64,000 nt of DNA from an uncultured delta proteobacterium (GTDB lineage: Bacteria > Desulfobacterota > Syntrophia > Syntrophales > UBA5619). This document shows positions 48,101 to 57,456 of this stretch, piece after piece. Below the pieces are notes generated by a model. The model did not search any database and was not told where the DNA came from. It worked only from the letters and a program-made list of their open reading frames with translations. Position numbers and translations under genes: made by a program. Numbering within the stretch: position 1 is the stretch's first letter; every line of letters begins with the position of its first letter. Location: the NCBI GenBank assembly GCA_963817385.1, contig CAWFOM010000005.1:480001-544000 (forward strand), written 5' to 3'.

Positions 48101-49975
48101 TCTCAGGTGCCTCAGGTGGCTGACCGTGGCTTTGACCGGTACGGATTTCTCGCCGCGCCGGGTGTGGGCGGTCAAGGAGACCAGCCGACCGGTCTCGATG
48201 CATTTGTCGATTGCCCCGCGCAGCCGGGCCCGCAGGCCTTCCCTGGCCATGTCTACGACCCGGGTTGTCAGTTCGCCCGCCGGGATGGTCAGATAGTTCT
48301 CGATTATACCGTGTGCATAAAGCACCCGGAGTTTGCGGTCGATCATCACGCAGGCAGGAGAAAACCGGTCCAGAAGGAGTTGCTGGGCAATTGAAGTCAG
48401 GCTCAGCCTGGGCGTCATAGGCACGGTCGGGGGATTGACCGGCGTTGACCGGGGCTCGCCCGCGTGACAAGCCGGGATTTCAACGCTGATGCGGTGTCCG
48501 ACGCCGATGCGGCGATAGATCCGCCATTTCTTCGAGACCGGCTCGAAAAGATCCTCCCGGTCCCCGGTCGTCTCGGCATTGCCTAAAAACAGAAAGCCTC
48601 CGTCGTGCAGCGCGAAATGGAACAAGGTGATGATTTTCTTCTGCACCTGCTGGTCGAGGTAAATCAGGAGGTTGCGGCAGATGATCAGGTCCAGCCGGGA
48701 GAAGGGCGGATCGGCCGTGATGTTCTGCGCGGCGAACACGATCCGCTCGCGGATGCTCTTGATGACCTGATAGTGGCCGTCCCTGCGGGAAAAGAATCTC
48801 TTGAGCCGCTCGGCCGAGACGTTCTCGCCGACATCTGCGGCCGCATAGCTGCCGGTGCGGGCCTTTGCCAATGCGGCGAAATCGGCATCGGTGGCGAAGA
48901 TCTGAAAGCCCGTTTTTCTGCCTGCCTTCTCCGCCTGCTCGGTCAGCAGCATGGCCAGGCTGTATGCCTCCTTGCCCGAGGAGCAGCCGGGAACCCAGAC
49001 CCGGATCTCCGACTCCGGCATGGTAGTTTCCATGAGCTGCGCAAGGACCCTCTTCTCAAGGGTTTCCCAGGCCGGCGGCTGGCGAAAGAAGTCCGTCACG
49101 CCGATGAGCAGGTCTTTTTGCAGCAGGGCGACCTCGTCCGGATGTTCCAAGAGATATCGGGCATAGTCATCCATGGATGCAAATCTTCCCAGCGTCATCC
49201 TCCGGCGGGTCCGCCGCACGAGGGTGCTTGGCTTGTAGCAGCGAAAGTCGTGCCCCACCCTGGATCGCAGGGTGTCCAGGACGGACCGCAGGCCGGCTTC
49301 CATTTCCGGTGAAGCCGCCCTGTCATGTCGGGCGGCCTCGATCATCTGTTTAGCGATTGCGACGACGGCGCCGGCCATGGCCCCGGCCGGTAGCACCGCG
49401 TCCGCCACACCGGCGTTGATGGCGCTTTGGGGCATACCGGGAAACTTGGCGCTCTTCGGGTCTTCCACCAAAGTCCTGCCGCCCGCCGCCCTGATCTCCG
49501 ACAATCCCAGGGTGCCGTCGCTGCCGTCGCCCGACAGCACGATGCCGCCGCATCGCGTGCGCCGGTCGGAGGCCAGGGAGCAGAAGAAGTGATCGATCGG
49601 CATCAGCAGGCCGTTGCAGTGAACCGGTTCCTGAAAGGTAAGTTTGCTTGCGGCCATGTTGAGAAACTGGTCGGGCGGCATGACGTGGATACGGTCAGGC
49701 TGGACCGTCATGCCGTTCGCCGCCTCGACCACATCCAGCGCCGTTTGACTCTTTAGGAGGTTGACCAGGTTTCTCTTTGATAATTCCGGATGATGGATCA
49801 GGACGAAGGCCACGCCCTGCCCGGCAGGCATCCCGGCGAGGAGCTTCTTGAGGGACTTCAGTGCGCCTGCCGCGGCGCCGATACCCACCACGACGGCCGG
49901 GAGCTCATTTCCCATCGTCTCGTCGTTGAAGGCGGCTTCCATAACCGCCGAATGCAACGAACATTTCTTTTTCAT
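45089..49975 (-). CDS. CheB-CheR-PAS histidine kinase fusion (1628 aa)
   Basis: CheB-like N-terminus; CheR motifs [32 protein letters not shown] coiled coil; several PAS domains; SHDLRAPL; N box, [15 protein letters not shown]. Confidence 0.93.
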   Translation of the reverse strand: MKKKCSLHSAVMEAAFNDETMGNELPAVVVGIGAAAGALKSLKKLLAGMPAGQGVAFVLIHHPELSKRNLVNLLKSQTALDVVEAANGMTVQPDRIHVMPPDQFLNMAASKLTFQEPVHCNGLLMPIDHFFCSLASDRRTRCGGIVLSGDGSDGTLGLSEIRAAGGRTLVEDPKSAKFPGMPQSAINAGVADAVLPAGAMAGAVVAIAKQMIEAARHDRAASPEMEAGLRSVLDTLRSRVGHDFRCYKPSTLVRRTRRRMTLGRFASMDDYARYLLEHPDEVALLQKDLLIGVTDFFRQPPAWETLEKRVLAQLMETTMPESEIRVWVPGCSSGKEAYSLAMLLTEQAEKAGRKTGFQIFATDADFAALAKARTGSYAAADVGENVSAERLKRFFSRRDGHYQVIKSIRERIVFAAQNITADPPFSRLDLIICRNLLIYLDQQVQKKIITLFHFALHDGGFLFLGNAETTGDREDLFEPVSKKWRIYRRIGVGHRISVEIPACHAGEPRSTPVNPPTVPMTPRLSLTSIAQQLLLDRFSPACVMIDRKLRVLYAHGIIENYLTIPAGELTTRVVDMAREGLRARLRGAIDKCIETGRLVSLTAHTRRGEKSVPVKATVSHLRHLRETDGLLLITFEDQLPAAKSGRQSAGEIDIHQLADELKITREELQSTIDQLEGSNDQLKASNEEVMAANEELQSANEEMETSKEELQSLNEELNTINLRLQEKVDELESTNDDVVNLLASTSIATLFLDKKFRIKRYTPAITRLMSLIPSDMGRPIADILLRFTDEALLEDAHHVLVDLAPRSQEVRAEDDRWYIRRITPYRTQDDRIEGIVITFVDVMDIKQAEEELREAHKRAAWLARFPEENPNPVLRVSAEGVILYCNPASARNGEWACKVGESLPGPILPHVTPAIAAGAEVHREIQLGESFYAVTLTPFPAESYLNVYGRNITKRKRAEESLRKLNAELEERVARQTEEIHRTYQAIEAERRRFYNVLEMLPAYVVLLTPDYHVPFANRFFRERFGEAHGRRCHEYLFQRTTPCDICETYAVLKTGKPHHWEWTGPDGRNYDVFDYPFTDSDGAPLILEMGIDVTEIKRAQAALKESNETLEQRVAERTAQLETARTEAEERRRLLESVMEVLPVGVAITDAEGGKMKSNLAYEQLWSGQQPPANSIDGDTAYRAWWVDTDEPVRPEEWASARAVQKGESVTGQMLEIQRFDGSRAFVINSASPVYGAGGKIVGSAVAIQDITDLRWAEEALRESETRLRLFIEHAPAALAMFDREMRYLSVSRRWRSDYGLGDRTLIGISHYDVFPEISAEWREAYRRGLAGEVLRAEADRFERADGSMQWVHWEIRPWYDAAGAVGGIVIFSEDITEGKMAEEALENRSLQLEAANKELESFSYTVSHDLRAPLRAIDGFSRMILRKHGETFDDDTRRKFNTIRDNTRMMSQLIDDLLAFSRLGRAQPSMVTLDMERLIRDVWEELKTISPERRLTLKMTEIPPGRGDRGLIKQVLINILSNAVKFTRRKEEALIEAGGHVQESECVYFIRDNGVGFDMQYHDKLFGVFQRLHSSDEFEGTGVGLAIVQRIIHRHGGRVWAESRADEGTTFYFALPIEATGFGEKT

Positions 49976-50057
49976 ATGGCTCTCCGGGGTGTTGCGATGT
50001 GTGGCAAAAAAACAGACGGTTCATACCCATCTGTTCCTCACGGTTGACTGGACGGCA

Positions 50058-50173
50058 TTGAAGCTCTCCGTGAGCAAGCCGCGGAGAATCTTCGATCCTT
50101 GAGAGGGGAAAACCATTTTTTGCTCGCTTACCCCGCAGCAAACCGCGGGGAATGTACTTGCCGGCAAATTCAA
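50058..50173 (-). repeat. ~116-bp double-hairpin element, copy 2
   Basis: Reverse complement: TTGAATTTGCC...CATTCCCCGCGGTTTGCTGCGGGGTAAGCGAGCAAAAAA...AAGGATCGAAGATTCTCCGCGGCTTGCTCACGGAGAGCTTCAA. Confidence 0.85.
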
Positions 50174-50495
50174 TGCGAAGCGTTACTGTGCGGCAGAAGT
50201 ATAGACAGGATGGTCCTGTTATGTCAATCAATTAATGTCGGCTCCGCACTGCACCGTATCTGAGAAAGCGATGAGAGCCGGTCCGGCCGCTTCCTTGGGC
50301 GAGATCACGACGACCTGTCTGTTGTGATAAAAAAACCTCATTGACATACGGGGAGGCTTCTCTTATCTTCATTATAGATACGGCACGTATTAATGAGCGA
50401 AATAGGTGGGTAAATTTGAGGACGGGCAGGAGCCTTGGGGGAAAACTTTACCGCGTACCGTATCGTGGCAAACAGTGTATGAGGGGGGCACGTTC

Positions 50496-51938
50496 ATGAA
50501 ACAACTCATCATGCGCAGACTGGGAAGGACCGAACGGCAGGTAACCACTCTCGGTCTCGGCGGCCAGGGATCGATTCAGTGGCCCGCGGAGGGGGTGGAT
50601 CCCGTCGCCATCATCGAAAAGGCCTATCGACTCGGTATCAACTACCTGGACACGTCCAACATTTACGGGCCGAGCCAGAAAAACTTCGGGGAAGCTTTCC
50701 GCCGCCTGGGGCTCTCTCCGGCGGCGGCCAACTACGATCCCGCAGCCCGTGGGCGTGTCTTCATTGCCAGTAAAACCCACATCCGTTCGGCGCGCCGCCC
50801 GGAGGGAAAGCGCTTCCGCACCGATTACAGCGAAGGCATGCTGGACGGCTTTAATGTCTCGACGGCTCTCGACGACGTTCGCCGCTCCTTGAGCCTGATG
50901 TTCGGCGACGGCCGGGGGGACTATCCGGAAGGTGCCTATCTGGATAGTCTGCAATTCCATAACTTGAACACCATGGACGAAGTCGACATGCTCTTTGAAG
51001 GCTTCGACGACCCGAGGCCCGACCGTGATTGGATGGGGGCGCTCGCGGCAATGGTCGACCTGCGCGACGGCACGAACAGGACCGGATGCAATCCCAAGCG
51101 GGAAAAGCTGCTCCGCCACATCGGCATCACCGGGCACTGGAACTCCGCGGCCCATATCTACGCCATCCAGCGGGACAGCCGGCGCGTCCTCGATACCCTC
51201 CTCGTCTCGATCAATCCCAGCGACGGCAAGTACCTGGCGCACCGGCACAATGCCATAGCGGTGGCTGCGGCGGCCGATATGGGAGTGATCGGCATGAAGA
51301 TTTTTGCTGACGCCGCCTACTATCACAAGGAGCCGAAGTTCTCCGATTCGCCCGACCATGTCTATCACGGAGTCGGCTCCCCCGAACTGCCGAGCCGGGA
51401 GCTGATGCGGTACGCCCTCTCCGTCCATGGGGTGAGCACGATCATCGTCGGGATCGGCCATATCGACGACGCAACCGATGCGTGCCAGCTTACCCAGAAT
51501 CTCACTGCCGCCCAGTTGGCAAAGCCGCTGGACCCAGAGGCGATGGCGGCTGTTGAGGCCGGGGTCACCGCGGCGGGAAAAGACCCGGCCAATGCGTACT
51601 TTCAGCGGAAAGCAATCGGGCTCACCGCGCCCCGGAACGTCGGCGTCGAAGCCGACAGCTCCATGCCGATGATGGGCCGCACCGCAGTCCGCATCTCGTG
51701 GGATACCGCCTATGCCGGCGCTGCCCCGATTAAGCGCTACGATGTACTCCGCGACGGCAAGGTCGTCGGGAGCGTCCCGCACACCCCCCAGTTCACGACC
51801 CAGCGGTTTCACTATGACGATATCTTCGACGAGGGCCGGTTGACCGGTTCCCATCGCTACTGCGTGCGGGCCGTTGATGCGGCCGGCGCTGCGGCAGACA
51901 GTGCGACGCTGGCGGCCGACCCCGGGACGGCTGCCTGA
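50496..51938 (+). CDS. Aldo/keto reductase with a C-terminal Fn3-like domain
   Basis: RRLGRT..VTTLGLG, GINYLDTSNIYG, FIASKT, HIGITGH, GVIGMK; C-terminus APRNV...ISWD...YDVLRDG...Y.VRAVDAAG. Confidence 0.85.
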   Translation: MKQLIMRRLGRTERQVTTLGLGGQGSIQWPAEGVDPVAIIEKAYRLGINYLDTSNIYGPSQKNFGEAFRRLGLSPAAANYDPAARGRVFIASKTHIRSARRPEGKRFRTDYSEGMLDGFNVSTALDDVRRSLSLMFGDGRGDYPEGAYLDSLQFHNLNTMDEVDMLFEGFDDPRPDRDWMGALAAMVDLRDGTNRTGCNPKREKLLRHIGITGHWNSAAHIYAIQRDSRRVLDTLLVSINPSDGKYLAHRHNAIAVAAAADMGVIGMKIFADAAYYHKEPKFSDSPDHVYHGVGSPELPSRELMRYALSVHGVSTIIVGIGHIDDATDACQLTQNLTAAQLAKPLDPEAMAAVEAGVTAAGKDPANAYFQRKAIGLTAPRNVGVEADSSMPMMGRTAVRISWDTAYAGAAPIKRYDVLRDGKVVGSVPHTPQFTTQRFHYDDIFDEGRLTGSHRYCVRAVDAAGAAADSATLAADPGTAA

Positions 51939-52060
51939 TATCACCCGAGCAAGACCAAGCCGTGGGGCGGCGCCCCATTACCCGGTGCGGGAAAGGCGTC
52001 AAATATTTTGTAGTACGAGGTGAGGGCGGATCACCATGGACAGACTCGATACCATAGGAG

Positions 52061-52076
52061 TGTCAACTCTTTGACA
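52061..52076. promoter_or_regulatory. Palindrome, candidate enhancer site (TGT-N10-ACA)
   Basis: TGTCAA-CTCT-TTGACA, ~105 bp upstream of a sigma54-type promoter. Confidence 0.5.
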
Positions 52077-52180
52077 GAAAATGTCCAGATCGCGGAGAGG
52101 GAACCTTGGCGTCTGTGGTATCCGGGGCGCTGATCGCAATTTTGATACGGGTTTCGCTATGCGTCCTCATGAATCTTTTT

Positions 52181-52196
52181 TGGCAAGATGTTTGCA
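52181..52196 (+). promoter_or_regulatory. Putative sigma54 promoter
   Basis: TTTGGCAAGATGTTTGCA: the GG and GC dinucleotides are one base closer than the canonical GG-N10-GC spacing, so this is a weaker match; ~50 bp before the J-domain/MinD gene. Confidence 0.4.
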
Positions 52197-52248
52197 TTAA
52201 TTGTATGTTGTGCCGTAATCTTTTCCGAATACTCAAAGAGCAGGGAGG

Positions 52249-53478
52249 ATGCCCCGTACTTGTATGATCTCTATCCATCATATCGCACCATCTGAACTTC
52301 ATAGAATACGTATAGCCTGTTCCTACCTTTTCTCCCCGGCACTTGCCCATGAGCACACATTCCTGTCAGGTCTGGACGGTAGTACCCTGAGAAATGCCTT
52401 CAGAGACAAGGCCAAGCGTTACCACCCCGACCTTCACGGGCACGAACCCGAGGAGATGCTGGAAAGGCGAAGGGAAAGGTTCATAAAGATCAAGGAGTCC
52501 TATGATCTGCTTAATGGTCATATCCAAGAGGAGAGCCAGACGACTCCTCTAAACAGGGCCAGGAAGAGGAAAATCATTGCTGTGGGAGGGGCCAAGGGCG
52601 GTATCGGCAAAAGCATTATCGTGGCCAATCTCGCTGCCTACCTTTGTTCCCGGGGAAACAAGACCGTTGCAGTGGATCTGGATCTCGGAGGGGCCAATCT
52701 GCACCTCTACCTGGGAGAGACACAGGTCACGCACTCGGTGAACGACTTCCTGAGCAAACAAGCGGGGTCCTTGCAGGAGATCATGATGCCCACGAAGTAT
52801 GGCCCCCTTTTGATTGGAGGGGACAGTTCACATCTTGGGGCGGGGAATATCGGTTTTGCGAGGAAGCTCAAATTACTCAAGGCGATCAGAGCGCTGGATG
52901 CCGATTATGTGATTCTCGACCTGGGAGGAGATACCTCTTACAACATGATTGACTTCTTTCTTTCTGCTGATGAAGGCATCGTCCTCACCTCCTGCGACCC
53001 TGCCTCCTACCTGGATGCATACAATTTCATCAAGGTATCTCTGTACCGGAAACTGAGCCGGTTATATGGACCTGAGTCTGATCGTGAGGGGGAGAAGGAC
53101 GAGGAACTGGAGGGTCTCATCCGTGAAATGTTGGCTTCCGACAATGGCAAAGAGGTGAAGCACATTCGAGGTTTCCTTGAAAAGATCAGGGCTGCGAGGC
53201 CTGAAAGCCTGGCAACGATCAAGGAAGTTCTCTCCGGCTTCAGGCCCCATCTTCTGGTGAATATGGTGGGCAGCGATTCGGATGAAAAAAGCGTCATTGC
53301 CCGCATCCAGGAGGTCTCGAAGAAGATGCTCATGATCCATGTGAAATCGCTTGGAATACTCCCTTATCTGGATCAGGTCAAGAAGAGCGCAGTCACACTG
53401 ACACCTGCCGTGCTCAGCGGACAGAAAGGGCCGCTGACCAAGAAACTGGCGGAGATTGTCGACGCCATGGAGGCATAG
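52249..53478 (+). CDS. J-domain (DnaJ) fused to a MinD/FlhG-family ATPase
   Basis: LRNAFRDKAKRYHPD...FIKIKESYDLL J-domain; deviant Walker A GAKGGIGKS, VDLDLGGANLH, DYVILDLG, LLVNM. Confidence 0.88.
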   Translation: MPRTCMISIHHIAPSELHRIRIACSYLFSPALAHEHTFLSGLDGSTLRNAFRDKAKRYHPDLHGHEPEEMLERRRERFIKIKESYDLLNGHIQEESQTTPLNRARKRKIIAVGGAKGGIGKSIIVANLAAYLCSRGNKTVAVDLDLGGANLHLYLGETQVTHSVNDFLSKQAGSLQEIMMPTKYGPLLIGGDSSHLGAGNIGFARKLKLLKAIRALDADYVILDLGGDTSYNMIDFFLSADEGIVLTSCDPASYLDAYNFIKVSLYRKLSRLYGPESDREGEKDEELEGLIREMLASDNGKEVKHIRGFLEKIRAARPESLATIKEVLSGFRPHLLVNMVGSDSDEKSVIARIQEVSKKMLMIHVKSLGILPYLDQVKKSAVTLTPAVLSGQKGPLTKKLAEIVDAMEA

Positions 53479-53522
53479 ATCAAACGTCAGTGGAGACACA
53501 TACAGAGTGAGGACGGGTCACC

Positions 53523-54245
53523 ATGGATACCAACGTTTCGGTTGGACTGGCATTCCTAGCCGGTCTGGCCTCTTTTTTTTCCCCCTGTGTCTTCTCGCTG
53601 GTTCCGGCGTATATCGGCTACCTGGGCGGCCGGGCGGCCGGGGGCGAAACCGGGCCCGGGAATCGTTTCGCGACCTTTACGCACGGCCTGGCGTTTGTGT
53701 TGGGTTTCAGTGTTGTCTTTGTACTTCTCGGCGTCGCGGCATCCGCCTTTGGCTCCCTGCTTACCGAGATGCGCGCCTGGGTGGCCCGCATCGGCGGGAT
53801 CGTGGTGATCGTTTTCGGTCTGCATATGACCGGCGTTTACCGTCTCCGGTTCCTGGAATACGATGTGCGCATCCATACCGATCCCGATCGCGCGTGGGGG
53901 TATCTCTCGTCATTCCTGATGGGCGTCTTCTTCTCGGCCGGCTGGTCGCCGTGCATCGGTCCGGTCCTGGGGGCAATCCTGACGCTGGCGATCACCGGCG
54001 GTTCCACGGCGTCGGGTGTCAAGTTGCTCACTTCATACTCCCTTGGTTTGGCGATCCCGTTTTTGATCGCCGCCCTGACGATCGGGTGGCTATCGGGGCG
54101 ACTCGGTCGATACGGCAAGGCGATGCACACAATCGAGGTGGGAATGGGCGCAATACTGGTCATCGTCGGCCTGATGCTCTTTTTTGATTTGTTTCAACGG
54201 ATCTCAACCTATGGGCAGTTCTTCTGGGTCGATTTTGGCCTTTAA
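53523..54245 (+). CDS. ccdA: Cytochrome c biogenesis protein CcdA
   Basis: AGLASFFSPCV..VPAYI, GWSPCIGPVLGAIL, YSLGLAIPF. Confidence 0.93.
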   Translation: MDTNVSVGLAFLAGLASFFSPCVFSLVPAYIGYLGGRAAGGETGPGNRFATFTHGLAFVLGFSVVFVLLGVAASAFGSLLTEMRAWVARIGGIVVIVFGLHMTGVYRLRFLEYDVRIHTDPDRAWGYLSSFLMGVFFSAGWSPCIGPVLGAILTLAITGGSTASGVKLLTSYSLGLAIPFLIAALTIGWLSGRLGRYGKAMHTIEVGMGAILVIVGLMLFFDLFQRISTYGQFFWVDFGL

Positions 54246-54262
54246 CGATTTTCCAGGCAGCG

Positions 54263-54847
54263 GTGGATACAGTGGCAGAAAAAAAAGTACACCCGGGCGA
54301 TAGAGGGAGCGTTAAAACTATCGGCCTCCTTGTCCTCATTATCATGGCCGTTGTGGTCGTCATCTTGCTGCAGGGGAAGGATGCATTATTCAAACCGTCT
54401 CAGAAAACCCGGGTCGCGCAGGGGCTTCCCGCGCCGACATTCATTTTTCCCGGACTCGACGGCAAAGCGATCGACTTGCAAGCCTACAAGGGCAAAGTGG
54501 TCTTCGTCAATATCTGGGCCACGTGGTGCCCCCCGTGCAGGGAAGAGATGCCGTCGATGGAAAGGCTGTATCAAGAGTTAAAAGGTGAGGATTTTGAAAT
54601 CCTGGCAGTTAGTGTTGACGGGGCAGGGGCCGCGGTTGTCGCCCCGTTCATGAAAAAATACCACCTGAGTTTCCCCGCCCTGCTCGATCCCAAGGGTACA
54701 ACGCAAGACCTCTTTGGGACGACCGGCGTTCCAGAAAGCTTTATCATCAACAGGGAAGGGGTTATTGAAAAGATCGTTATCGGCCCGATGGACTGGGCTA
54801 CCCCCGAAGTTGTCCGTTATTTCCGGGATCTGATTCAAAAAAGATAA
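54263..54847 (+). CDS. TlpA/ResA-family membrane-anchored thiol-disulfide oxidoreductase
   Basis: TM anchor; NIWATWCPPCREEMP, GVPESFII. Confidence 0.92.
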   Translation: MDTVAEKKVHPGDRGSVKTIGLLVLIIMAVVVVILLQGKDALFKPSQKTRVAQGLPAPTFIFPGLDGKAIDLQAYKGKVVFVNIWATWCPPCREEMPSMERLYQELKGEDFEILAVSVDGAGAAVVAPFMKKYHLSFPALLDPKGTTQDLFGTTGVPESFIINREGVIEKIVIGPMDWATPEVVRYFRDLIQKR

Positions 54848-54869
54848 AGCCGCGGGCAAAGGGGGACTC

Positions 54870-56612
54870 ATGAATAACCGGCAAATTGCGAAGATATTCG
54901 AGGATATTGCGGATATCCTCGATCTCAAGGGAGAAAACGTCTTTAGGATCAGGGCATACCGCCGGGCGGCCCAGAACATCGACGGGCTTACACGGGATAT
55001 CGCCACTCTCTCCGAGGAGGAACTCGATGCGATCCCCGGAATCGGCAAGGACCTGACGGCAAAGATCCGTGAGTTTCTTGCGACGGGGAAAGTGGCCAAA
55101 CACGAGGCGCTGAAAAAGGAAATCCCCGAAGGCGTGCTCGAGATGTTGCGCGTCCCCGGCCTCGGTCCGAAGACGGCAAAGCTGCTCTATGACCATTTGC
55201 AGGTAACGGGCGTCGACGAGCTCGAGACCCTCACGCGCGCGGGGAAACTCGCGGGTCTCCCGGGCATACAGAAGAAGACCGAAGAAAATATCCTGCGGGG
55301 AATAGCGCAGATCAAGCGGGGAAATGAGCGCCGGCCTCTCGGCCGGGTGCGGCCGCTCGCCGAGGAGATCGTCAGACAGGTCAAAGAGAGGGCGCCCGTT
55401 GACCGGATCGAGGTAGCCGGAAGCATCAGACGCTGGAAGGAGACGGTGAATGATATCGATATCCTCACGGCCTCCGGGCAGCCCGGGAAAGTCATGGACG
55501 CGTTCGTGAAACTCCCCCACGTCAGCCGCGTTCTCATGCAGGGGCCGACACGATCGTCGACGATCACCGATGAGGGGGTCCAGGTGGATCTGCGCGTGGT
55601 GGAGGAGGGCTCCTTCGGCGCCGCTCTCCAGTATTTTACGGGGAGTAAGCAGCACAACATCAAACTCCGGGAAATGGCCGTGCGATCGGGACTCAAGATC
55701 AGCGAGTACGGCGTGTTCAGGGAACCGGGCGAACGGAAGATCGGCGGGAAAAAAGAAGAGGACGTGTACAAGGCCCTTCATCTGCCGTTTATCCCGCCGG
55801 AGTTGAGGGAAGATGCCGGTGAGATCGAGGCTGCTCAGAAGGGGGCGCTCCCCGACCTCATAACGGTGGATGATATCAAGGGCGACCTTCATGTCCATAC
55901 CAAGTGGTCCGACGGAAGCCATGACCTGGACACCCTCGTACAGGCGGCCCGGGCAAAAGGCTACCGGTATATGGCGGTCACCGACCATACCAAAGGTCTT
56001 GGTGTCGCTCATGGGCTCGATGAGGCGAGGCTTGCGGAACAAACCCAATTCATCGATGCGGCAAATGAGCGATATGCCGGTTTCACTGTCTTAAAGGGGA
56101 CCGAAGCGGATATCCGGTCCGACGGCAGTCTCGATCTGCCCGATCGGGCGCTCGCCGGGCTCGATATCGTCGTCGCGTCGGTGCACTCGGGATTCAAGCA
56201 ATCGCGGGATCAGATTACGAAACGGATCCTGTCGGCGATCAGAAACCCGTGCGTGAGCGTCATCGCCCATCCCACCGGCAGGCTGATCGGCGAGCGCGAC
56301 CCCTATGCCGTTGATATGGAGGCGGTGCTCAAAGAGGCCGCAAAATACGGCGTGGCCGTGGAGATCAACGCCTATCCCCTGCGTCTCGACTTGAACGATC
56401 TCCATGTCAAGATAGCGAGAGAGTACGGTGTAGCTCTGGTCATCAATACGGATGCTCATGTCCTGAGCCAACTGGACTTCATGCGGTACGGGGTGTCCGT
56501 CGCGCGGCGGGGATGGACGGAGAAGAAGGATGTGCTGAACACCCTTCCATACGATCAGCTTATCCGGAGATTGAAATCCTGTACGGCATCAAAGGCCTCG
56601 GTTTCGTCATGA
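54870..56612 (+). CDS. polX: DNA polymerase X / PHP 3'-5' exonuclease
   Basis: FRIRAYRRAA, IPGIG, AGSIRR..ETVNDIDIL, YFTGSK.HN; PHP motifs DLHVHT, TDH, HPTGR, NTDAH. Confidence 0.95.
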   Translation: MNNRQIAKIFEDIADILDLKGENVFRIRAYRRAAQNIDGLTRDIATLSEEELDAIPGIGKDLTAKIREFLATGKVAKHEALKKEIPEGVLEMLRVPGLGPKTAKLLYDHLQVTGVDELETLTRAGKLAGLPGIQKKTEENILRGIAQIKRGNERRPLGRVRPLAEEIVRQVKERAPVDRIEVAGSIRRWKETVNDIDILTASGQPGKVMDAFVKLPHVSRVLMQGPTRSSTITDEGVQVDLRVVEEGSFGAALQYFTGSKQHNIKLREMAVRSGLKISEYGVFREPGERKIGGKKEEDVYKALHLPFIPPELREDAGEIEAAQKGALPDLITVDDIKGDLHVHTKWSDGSHDLDTLVQAARAKGYRYMAVTDHTKGLGVAHGLDEARLAEQTQFIDAANERYAGFTVLKGTEADIRSDGSLDLPDRALAGLDIVVASVHSGFKQSRDQITKRILSAIRNPCVSVIAHPTGRLIGERDPYAVDMEAVLKEAAKYGVAVEINAYPLRLDLNDLHVKIAREYGVALVINTDAHVLSQLDFMRYGVSVARRGWTEKKDVLNTLPYDQLIRRLKSCTASKASVSS

Positions 56613-56740
56613 CATAGAAACCAAAGACAATACGGTCAAGGTGCTTGGTGAGCCGAATCGCATGAATAGGCACTGTCAGTATGCATGTTATATGGACAAA
56701 GTAACGATATTATCTCACGTTGTCGGCGTGATACCGCCGG

Positions 56741-57397
56741 TTACTTTTCATGTTCGTAGATCAGATGGTAGTGCTCATGGGTACCGAGTTTGACGCGTTC
56801 ATTAAAATCAAATTTGTAGTTCAGTCCAATAAACGGGCTGCGCGCGTTGTGGCAGTCCCGACAAACAGTCTCTGTGGGTGGATAGATCAGCCCTGCCTTC
56901 CTGGCAGCGGAAGTCTTGAACGTTGGATTCTTGGGATCCATCACCGTGCTCACATATGTGCCGCCATGTCCATGACACGCCTCACAAGTGACACCGGCCA
57001 TATCGGGAGTCTTTTCGATGGAAACGAAGCCGCCCACCAACCCATATCCGGTAGTGTGGCACGGCAAGCAGGTTTCATCGTGTGTGTAGTCCATGTCTGG
57101 ATCGAGTCCGGCCGTTCGCTTCTCCTGAGCTTTTTCGCCTGACCGAAGTACCGTGAAGCTGTTTGCCATACGGGTCTTTTTCCATGAAGCGTATTGCTTT
57201 TCATGGCATTCTTTGCACTTGCCGGGTCCGACAAACTGGCCCTGGGAAACATGGTCGTACGTGCCCATGGTAACATAGAAAAATACACCAATGCCCAATA
57301 GCACGACGACTATGGTAATCGGCCATGTGAATCGGGATATCCACCGGCGCGTCTCTTCAGTTACCGTGTTCGTTCCTTTATTTTCTTCATTCGGCAT
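56741..57397 (-). CDS. Membrane-anchored tetraheme cytochrome c (c554-like)
   Basis: One TM; CKECH, CLPCH(TTG), CEACH(G.G), CRDCH. Confidence 0.88.
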   Translation of the reverse strand: MPNEENKGTNTVTEETRRWISRFTWPITIVVVLLGIGVFFYVTMGTYDHVSQGQFVGPGKCKECHEKQYASWKKTRMANSFTVLRSGEKAQEKRTAGLDPDMDYTHDETCLPCHTTGYGLVGGFVSIEKTPDMAGVTCEACHGHGGTYVSTVMDPKNPTFKTSAARKAGLIYPPTETVCRDCHNARSPFIGLNYKFDFNERVKLGTHEHYHLIYEHEK

Positions 57398-57456
57398 GAC
57401 GCCCCCTGTCTTTTCCGTTTACCGTGGGATAGACACTCGAATAACACATACCCGAA

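Noticed and set aside
45914..48394. 826-aa plus-strand ORF
   Set aside because: Antisense shadow of the CheB-CheR kinase.
54870..56612. PolX as part of a defence or novel repair system
   Set aside because: Canonical DxD and PHP motifs and an ordinary neighbourhood; a common stand-alone gene.
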